Shown: piece after piece, positions 39,265 to 47,022 of the stretch | Numbering within the stretch: position 1 is the stretch's first letter | Layout of the letters: every line of letters begins with the position of its first letter | NCBI RefSeq assembly: GCF_001194135.2 | Contig: NC_068987.1 | Location: 793,520-840,541 of the forward strand | Direction of reading: 5' to 3' | Source of the DNA: Octopus bimaculoides | Taxonomy: Eukaryota | DNA length: 47,022 nucleotides | Position numbers and translations under genes: made by a program | Notes under the pieces: model-generated | The model's input: only the letters and a program-made list of their open reading frames with translations | Told to the model about the DNA's origin: nothing | Database searches by the model: none

Positions 39265-39432
39265 CATAAGGCCTGTAGTTTTGAGAGGAGGGGCTTTGTC
39301 AATATTAAGCCGTGTGCTGGTGAGATAAAAAGCAAAGATGAGTTGAGTAAGATTTGAACGCTGAAGATAAAGAGTTGAATATTGCAACGCGTATTTTTCC
39401 GAGGCTCTCACTATTCTGTTGATCCATCGCCC
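39265..39432 (-). mobile_element. SINE family A, highly diverged copy with deleted core
   Basis: cataaggcctgtagttttgagaggagggg tail, gatttgaacgctgaagataaaagag, ctattctgttgatccatcgcct head. Confidence 0.55.
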
Positions 39433-39721
39433 TACAATTTTATACGAATGGTCTGTAGTGGGGTGGTGTCTTTGAGTAATAATACACAGTAATATATTTC
39501 ATTAACTATGCTAATTTATGATATCTATTGGTGACGAAAATGGTCTACTAAATGAGTTACTACCCACGACATAAGCAATTACAGTGAGTCTATAAATAGC
39601 TTAGAAGATGTAATAAGAGCGAAACATGCTGGAAATTGTCTCCCATAGTTGACGTAAAAAGACAAATGATTATTTCTAACATGGGTATCAGACGGAAGCT
39701 TGTGGAGGGTTGGTGTTGCCC

Positions 39722-39820
39722 AAGTACTTTGCTGTTACTTTAATTTTCGAAACCCGAAGGGATGGAAGACAAAGCTGGAGTCTGCGAAATTTGAACCAAG
39801 AACTATTGAACCGAAATACA
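39722..39820 (-). mobile_element. SINE family A, core fragment
   Basis: gttactttaattttcgaaacccgaagggatggaagacaaagctggagtctgcgaaatttgaaccaagaac aligns to the core of 25090-25302. Confidence 0.6.
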
Positions 39821-40680
39821 TAATTCGTAACTCTCCTTCTAATCCGCTCTAGCAATACCTGAAATAATATTCAGTTAATAATTTGCTCGCAGCTAAATTA
39901 TTTTAATTAACACTTGTAATAATGTTACTCATTAAAAGGTTAACATTTTTTCATTAATGTTAACACTAACTTAATATTAACACGACCAAAGTTAATTAAT
40001 GTTAAAACTAACTAAATTAATGTTAACATGAATTAATAAATTAAATAATTCTCACTCAATTAATGGCACAACACTAACTAATTAATATTACAATAGAGTA
40101 TCATCTACAATTGCTTGTATTGTTGTAGTCGTTTAATCCAATATTAGCTCTCAACGTCCAGCCGAACTATTATGAAAGATGTTCCAGCTAAAATGGAATA
40201 TCTGCCATGTTGAAGCCTCAAAGAATGTTTCTGTTTCATAACGGCATCATTCCAATCTCTCCATACAGCAGGTGTTGGAAATTGCCTAATCAGCGTAATG
40301 CATTTCTTCTACAACAAATAAAGAATCAGAGGGTGCAATCTGGTGAAATTCTTCCTCGGTGAGACACAATGCTCAGGAAGAAATATACAATGGAGCCAAT
40401 ATTGTGATCGCTAACTCTCTCCGATCATTTAGATGTATACATATCGGCCAATTTCTGGTTAAGGGTTGGCATCATGCTTGTAAACCCTTTCTTTTACAGT
40501 TTGGATAGTGCCAGACTTCGAGCATATTTCAGTGCAGAGAATGGACGGCTTGGACTTTGTCTCATGCATCAGACTGCCAAAATTATGCAGCACGCTGTAT
40601 TTTTTCACTATTGTTCACATAATCTTAATAACTCTATATAAGTAAAGTCAGTCTCAGTTGTAGTGCAATATTGTATAATT

Positions 40681-40896
40681 TAAAAGGCGGTGAGCCGGCA
40701 GAAACGTTAGCACTCCGGGCGAAATGCTTAGCGGTGTTTCGTCTGTCTTTACTTTCGGAGTTCAAATTGTGCCGAGGTCGACTTTGCTTTCATCCTTTCG
40801 GAGTCGATAAATTAAGTACCAGTTGCGTACTGGGGTCGATCTAATCGACTGGTCACCTCCCTCAAAATTTCGGGCCTTCTGCCTAGAGTAGAAAAG
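40681..40896 (+). mobile_element. SINE family A, full-length, with 14-bp target-site duplication
   Basis: aatattgtataatt at 40667-40680 and aatattgtttaatt at 40897-40910 (1 mismatch). A-box-like ggcagaaacg and B-box-like gagttcaaatt are present. Confidence 0.95.
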
Positions 40897-43213
40897 AATA
40901 TTGTTTAATTATCTCGCTCCTGCAGCAGAGGCTTCAGAACCACAACGTTCAGGGGAGGAGAGATGTGATATACTTGAAGGACCGAGTGTGTGAATCGAAA
41001 CGCTTATGAATAGTGTACATTTAACTTCATCATCGATCAGATAGCGCTGTACAAATACATGATCCTCTCGTTGAAAACGGTACTAAAGCCGGTGTTACAC
41101 GGGTCAGAGCCTAGGTAGCATTAGTCAATTGTGTTGTATGATTGAGATTGATATAAATTGATCAGTCATACTGAAAATGATTTATTACCAACCGTAACAT
41201 ATATGTATGATGTGATGTAAGGGTCAACCTGCATTAATCTGCTGGGAATCGAACTCATATGTGCGCTTTTGATGAAACTACCAACGACCTACATCGACCT
41301 ATTTTTAGTATCTAGATAGAACCTTCTTTCTGTTGTTTCATTTTACAAATTCTTTCTTGTATTTTATAACTTTTTTCATTAGAAAGATTCTCCATCAAGC
41401 ATCGGCAATCGCCTTCATCAATTCTCATGGAAAAAGACTTATACGATCACCAAATCATTCCAAAGTTCTTGTCTTTGTGGTTTATTTTAGTTGACGTTAA
41501 AGATCACAGATTCGTATTATGTGTATCCAACCAACCAAAACATATTCCAGATACGATTTCCATGACCCAAAGGGCTTGCAGAATGCTATGTTACAATATT
41601 CAGGAATATATTTGGTTCTCGACCAGTTGGAAATGCCAACAACACACGAACTCTCTTGAAGGTTATCAGAATCAGTGATGTCATTCACTGCAACTCCATC
41701 TTCAAAGAAATCTCATTGGCGCATTATCTACCAGACTGAAATGTTTCATAAGTTCACTCAAACATTCATGGTCCTAAATTAAGTCTCTGAGTTCGTTTCT
41801 ACGTGTAGACATCAGTCACATTGTTTGCTAAAATATTTCAAGTGTAAAACCATGGTAGTTTCCCCTACCGTTAATGAATCTAGCCTTTGATTATTGTATG
41901 AGCTTCTGTACATGTTTCGTTGACAACCAACGCTTCCACGCTGCGCCTTTATTGCCAACACGACTATTCTTACAGACTTACATTTACGTCATTACTGTCT
42001 CCGCTATGTCAGGCCTTTCACTTTCAAACAAAAGTGGACCACTGAAGAAACTATTTCGTTATGACTAATATGTCTGTGCCACTAATTAAATCTTCCTATT
42101 AATTCTTTGTGTTTGAAACAACGTCTTCAGCGAGAATCGGTGTACTTTAGTTTAATTTAGTGTTTAATTTATGATTTTCTCTTTAGTTACCATATCTTTT
42201 ATTTGTATATATATGTGTGTGTGTGTGTGTGAGTGTATGTGTGTGAGTGTGTGTGTGTACGTATGGTTGTGTGTAAGCAGATATGCGTGTAGACAGTTGG
42301 AAAAGCAAGGTTCACGGAAGAGTTCCCAATAACATATTGTAGGGTGTAGATAGAGGTTCATTGAGACGAATTGTAAGCCTTGTACTCGAGTTCCGAAACG
42401 AGAGCAACACAACTTCAACTGGTGTACTTAAACACACACACACAAACACACACACATACAAACACACACACACAAACACACACACACACACACGCGCGCG
42501 CACACACAAATACACGCGTGTGTTTTCGTGTGTGTAAACATATTATAAGATGACCTATAAAAACGGAATATATTTATAAAACTTATAATTAAAAACGAAA
42601 TATATATTTTGATCTGTATTATAACCTTCGGCGTGAATTTAACGTGTGACTTCGACTATTAATGATTCATTATTCTCGAATGCTTAAGGCCACCTTGAGT
42701 ACAACGGGTCAAAGAGTCATAAAGAAACACACGCTCACACATACNNNNNNNNNNNNNNNNNNNNNNNNNNNNNNNNNNNNNNNNNNNNNNNNNNNNNNNN
42801 NNNNNNNNNNNNNNNNNNNNNNNNNNNNNNNNNNNNNNNNNNNNNNNNNNNNNNNNNNNNNNNNNNNNNNNNNNNNNNNNNNNNNNNNNNNNNNNNNNNN
42901 NNNNNNNNNNNNNNNNNNNNNNNNNNNNNNNNNNNNNNNNNNNNNNNNNNNNNNNNNNNNNNNNNNNNNNNNNNNNNNNNNNNNNNNNNNNNNNNNNNNN
43001 NNNNNNNNNNNNNNNNNNNNNNNNNNNNNNNNNNNNNNNNNNNNNNNNNNNNNNNNNNNNNNNNNNNNNNNNNNNNNNNNNNNNNNNNNNNNNNNNNNNN
43101 NNNNNNNNNNNNNNNNNNNNNNNNNNNNNNNNNNNNNNNNNNNNNNNNNNNNNNNNNNNNNNNNNNNNNNNNNNNNNNNNNNNNNNNNNNNNNNNNNNNN
43201 NNNNNNNNNNNNN

Positions 43214-43250
<37 letters not shown>

Positions 43251-43471
43251 TGTTTGCAATACTGTATAGGTTTAAGTGTTCTTTCAGAGCTGTCTTGATC
43301 TATAGATCTATATTCTATAGAAAATATATCTATAAACGACAGTTAACATTGTTTGTACTGGGAGATTGAAATGCCTTGACTTCATATGCATTATTTGAAC
43401 GGAATGAACAACTGAGAACATCTTGTTTAATTTTAGTCCCTACATGGGATGACATCATTAACTAAAACGTA

Positions 43472-43505
43472 TCTTTTCCACTCTAGGCACAAGGCCCGAA
43501 ATTTC
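43472..43505 (-). mobile_element. SINE family A, 3' tail only
   Basis: tcttttccactctaggcacaaggcccgaaattt is nearly identical to the sequence starting at 25089. Confidence 0.7.
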
Positions 43506-43693
43506 GTAGTTTTTTCCGAAGGCTTTTCTTTCCACTGATAAACCTAATTTGTTTCCCTTTTACATTAGGCACTTCTGTGATGCACGATCCCTATTGATTG
43601 GCTTCCTCCCCCTTTTTTTTTCACGACTCCTTTTGATCGAAATTCTACCACTACCTCTTTTTTTTTTGTCTTTCCTTCCCATAAAGAAAAGCC

Positions 43694-43758
43694 CTACTTT
43701 GTATTTTGTTCCCTCTTTGTATTTTGTCTCTACTTTGTATTTTGTCCCCTATTTTGAC
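43694..43758. repeat. 18-bp minisatellite, about 3.5 copies
   Basis: ctttgtattttgt at 43697, 43715 and 43733. Confidence 0.85.
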
Positions 43759-43802
43759 CCAGTGTGGCCAATAAAGAATCATATATATCTATCATCTACC
43801 TG

Positions 43803-43860
<58 letters not shown>

Positions 43861-44270
43861 ATGTTCTACTTACATTTCTATCGATGTATATATATCTATC
43901 TACTGTAACACTGCAGACAAACATTAAAACCAAATATCTAAAAGAATGACCCTAAATAAAGGCGCTGCTCCAGCATGGACTCAACCTTTAAGCTACTACA
44001 CATAAAAAGGTGAAAGTAACATCAACAATTATTTGCTAAGGTCATCTCGCTTTGATTTAAGTATGTGTCGATATATCTATCCTATTCGTCTATGAATCTA
44101 TCAATATACTTCGACACATCCACCAACTGAACCTACAGAAACAGCTGAATATTAAAACCTGTAACACCTAAAATTCATTTTTAATATTTTAGTATACAGC
44201 GTTTAACAATCTTGTAAATGTTTTCCACTCCCACGCTCCTTTCGCTCAACACTAACACCCTCTCCCTCTT

Positions 44271-44473
44271 TACCTCTTCGAGTTGAGTGGTATTGAGCCC
44301 AATGCTCCGATGACAACAAGGACAATCTTTGTGTTTGATTCTCGTAGCTTCCACATCTTGGCGATCTCAATTCTCAGCTCTCCATATTTATCAACCTTTT
44401 CTCTTTCTTTCCTGATGAAATGTTGATCTCCTGGCACCGCCGCGTCGATTATTAGGCACTTTCGTTTGTCCCT
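44271..44473 (-). mobile_element. Inverted 5' segment of an RLE-type (R4/Dong-like) LINE, endonuclease domain
   Basis: Minus strand from 44473: RDKRKCLIIDAAVPGDQHFIRKEREKVDKYGELRIEIAKMWKLRESNTKIVLVVIGALGSIPLNSKR, the C.IID..VP.D...KE.EK..KY..L..E....W...VIGALG motif. Confidence 0.9.
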
Positions 44474-44665
44474 CTTAAAAGTTACTTTAGTAATAACCTA
44501 CAATCTAGGTGTATTGCAAAAATCGGCATTAATTGGAACAGCACGCATATTGCGTAAAGTACTGTCTGTCTGAGGTCCTTGTTGTGACTTGACAGACAGT
44601 GCAAATATCTCCGGTAGACACAATATCTTCAATCAACAACATCACGATATTGGATACTGTGCGAC
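44474..44665 (+). mobile_element. 3' segment and 3' UTR of the same RLE-type LINE
   Basis: LKVTLVITYNLGVLQKSALIGTARILRKVLSV* (stop 44571-44573), the LQK.ALLGTA.ILR terminus, followed by about 90 nt of UTR. Confidence 0.85.
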
Positions 44666-45050
44666 GCTTTCTAATTGATGTATCAATACCAGCAGATGAC
44701 AACGTTTCTCGAAAAGAAATGGAAAAACTTTCAAAATACAAAGACCTGGAAATTGAGATAACTGGAATGTAGAGTCTAAAAACAGAAACAATTCCTATCA
44801 TAGTAGGTGCCTTAGGTATAATAAAAAAATATTCAGACAAATACATAACAAAAACACCAGGACTTACAAATATATATAACATACAGNNNNNNNNNNATTG
44901 CACTACTGGGTACTGCACACATTCTACGCAAAACACTTTCAATACAGTAAACATAAGAGCACCACAGCAAACCACAGCACATACCCAAGGCGCACAGAGC
45001 TGCGCTCGGTAGTGAAGTGAAAGCACGTTATGAAAATAAAACTACTGAAC
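44666..45050 (+). mobile_element. Second, distinct 5'-truncated RLE-type (R4/Dong-like) LINE ending in (AAT)n
   Basis: FLIDVSIPADDNVSRKEMEKLSKYKDLEIEITGM*SLKTETIPIIVGALGIIKKYSDKY ... IALLGTAHILRKTLSIQ* (stop 44948-44950), then about 100 nt of UTR running into (AAT)n. Confidence 0.92.
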
Positions 45051-45094
<44 letters not shown>

Positions 45095-45194
45095 CAATAA
45101 TAATAATAATAATAATGATAATAATAATAATCATAATCATAATAATAATGATAATAATAATAATCATAATCATAATAATAATGATAATAATAAT
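45051..45194. repeat. (AAT)n microsatellite with CAT/GAT/AAC variants
   Basis: Visible tandem repeats. Further (AAT)n/(GAT)n tracts lie at 45288-45425 and (GAT/GAC/GGA)n at 45540-45676. Confidence 0.95.
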
Positions 45195-45322
45195 AGTTAA
45201 GACGAAGAGCGCGATTCGATTGTAAGATATTATATCAGTTGAACAATATTTCAACAGTACGTCTGTCTTTGTCAATCCTTTTAAAAAATATAATAATAAT
45301 ATTAATAATAATAATGATGATG

Positions 45323-45353
<31 letters not shown>

Positions 45354-45366
45354 TGATGATGTTTGT

Positions 45367-45407
<41 letters not shown>

Positions 45408-46163
45408 GTTATGATGATTATGATAATTAATATTATTGTTGGTGTTCCACTTTTCGAAACATTAAACATACACGACCTTTCACATTGTTGTTGCTACTGT
45501 TGTAATAGAACAACACTATAATTATTTGAGTTATTGATGATGCTATAGATGTTGATGCTGATGCTGATGACGACGACGACGACGACAACGTCACGGCAAC
45601 AACAACGACGACGATGGGGAGGAGGAGGAGGAGGAGGAGGAGGAGGAGGCTGATGATGATGATGACGACGATGATGTCGTCTTTGTTAGTTCAGACTTTC
45701 TAAAGTACTTTACAATTAATTTTGTGAAATGACTTGCGCCACATTCTGTGAAAGCGGAGAGCACTTCTGACCGGGAAGAGAACATCGCTTAGTGTTAACA
45801 TTATTGGAGCAAATTTCTACAGTTAATGCGTTGCTTATATGCCAAATGACGTTGTTAATTAGGCAGAAATTCTTCAGAATTCTTGCCAAAGGGATAAACT
45901 TAAACACACAAGATATTATATATAGCTGGGAAATAAAGTTTTAAAACCAAAATAACAAAAGAAAAAGTGAAATAAAATTAGAACTAATCAAACAAAAATA
46001 TATTTTGGATAAAGCTACGGAGAGACTTCATTCTTAGTCTTTCTTTCTTTCATTCTTTCTTTCTTTCTTTCTTTCTTACTTACTTTCTTTCTTTCTTTCT
46101 TTCTTACTTACTTTGTTTGTCTGTTTGTTTGTTTGTTTCTTCATGTATGCATGTATGTATGTG

Positions 46164-46195
<32 letters not shown>

Positions 46196-46429
46196 TAGGC
46201 ATTCACACATATCCGTACATACATATTAATATCTATGTATACACATACAAGCACACAGACACAAGCATATATATACATATATATATACACACATATATAT
46301 GCAATATATATATATATATATATATATATATCAATATCTATAAATATATCAGATAGATATAAATGAGTCTAGACGTAGATATATGGTGATATGTATATGC
46401 ATGTACTAACATCGATACATCTTCATTCT

Positions 46430-46620
46430 CACATACATCATCCTCTAACTTTTCATATTCTTTTCCATCACCATCATCACCATCATCATCATCGTAAGCA
46501 TCGTCATACCCCCACACCCAACCTCCACTACTACATTCACCTCCATCAACGAGCGCGTCGACCCCCACCCACTCTACAACCCCATCCTCTTCTGCTACGC
46601 CATCTCCACCGCTCGTATCA
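46430..46620. repeat. (CAT/CAC)-rich low-complexity tract
   Basis: Visible. Source of the His-rich and Asp/Gly-rich ORFs. Confidence 0.8.
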
Positions 46621-47022
46621 TAGACGTCATAAAAATAAAGCTATCATCGATTAGTTAATTGAAAACTTAAATTGCAATTAAAACTCTTTCTCTCGTCAAC
46701 AATGTCTAATAGACTGTATTACCATAAGAGAAATTGAACTCCATTTTAGAGTGTGCGCATGCGTGTCGGTACATACATATACATACACATCTATATATAC
46801 ACACACTTATACATGTCTAAATACATACATACACATATGCATATGCATGTATGTGTACATATACGCACATATATTATGCATTATTATATACATTTTATGT
46901 ATATATATATATATATATATATAGTATATATAAGGGCATATATATATTTATATTTATGTATATATATGATATATATACCTGCATATATATAGATATGTAT
47001 GTATATATATATATATATATAT

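Larger units (their letters stand above)
1..47022. other. Intronic or intergenic repeat-rich eukaryotic DNA, probably octopus draft assembly, with 17 N-gaps
   Basis: N-runs at 2128-2242, 6423-6777, 9171-9303, 10379-10676, 11228-11406, 15344-15474, 18062-18214, 21161-21170, 21578-21587, 26798-26807, 27557-28384, 28962-29379, 31783-32461, 33144-33404, 36374-36959, 42745-43213 and 44887-44896. Most are flanked by (TA)n, (TG)n or (TATG)n. The taxon call rests on recalled SINE and LINE consensus sequences, not a search. Confidence 0.75.

Noticed and set aside
41690-41765. Minus-strand HECLSELMKHFSLVDNAPMRFL*RW faintly resembles an RLE-LINE RT segment
   Set aside because: The similarity is too weak by eye and there is no QGD or YxDD motif. 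A profile search would be needed.

Overview
This is animal genomic DNA from a draft assembly: AT-rich, saturated with microsatellites, and broken by 17 N-gaps (about 4.6 kb), mostly flanked by simple repeats. From memory of the repeat families I recognise it as octopus (probably Octopus bimaculoides); I did not check this against a database. I cannot support any intact host protein-coding gene, rRNA, tRNA or CRISPR array, and almost every ORF in the supplied track comes from microsatellites, N-gaps or repeats. What can be supported: (1) about 11 full or partial copies of one tRNA-derived SINE, two with clear target-site duplications; (2) pieces of other SINE-like families; (3) a dead, 5'-truncated RTE-clade LINE; (4) three relics of restriction-like-endonuclease (R4/Dong-type) LINEs, one with a seamless 5' inversion; (5) two internally deleted mariner elements, one interrupted by (TTAGGG)7. 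A few unique, CpG-containing islands carry splice-site and YY1-like motifs and may be exons or regulatory DNA of an unrecognised transcript. I found no convincing new biological system; the best leads concern retrotransposition and DNA-repair scars, plus a 24-nt motif shared by two exon-like islands.
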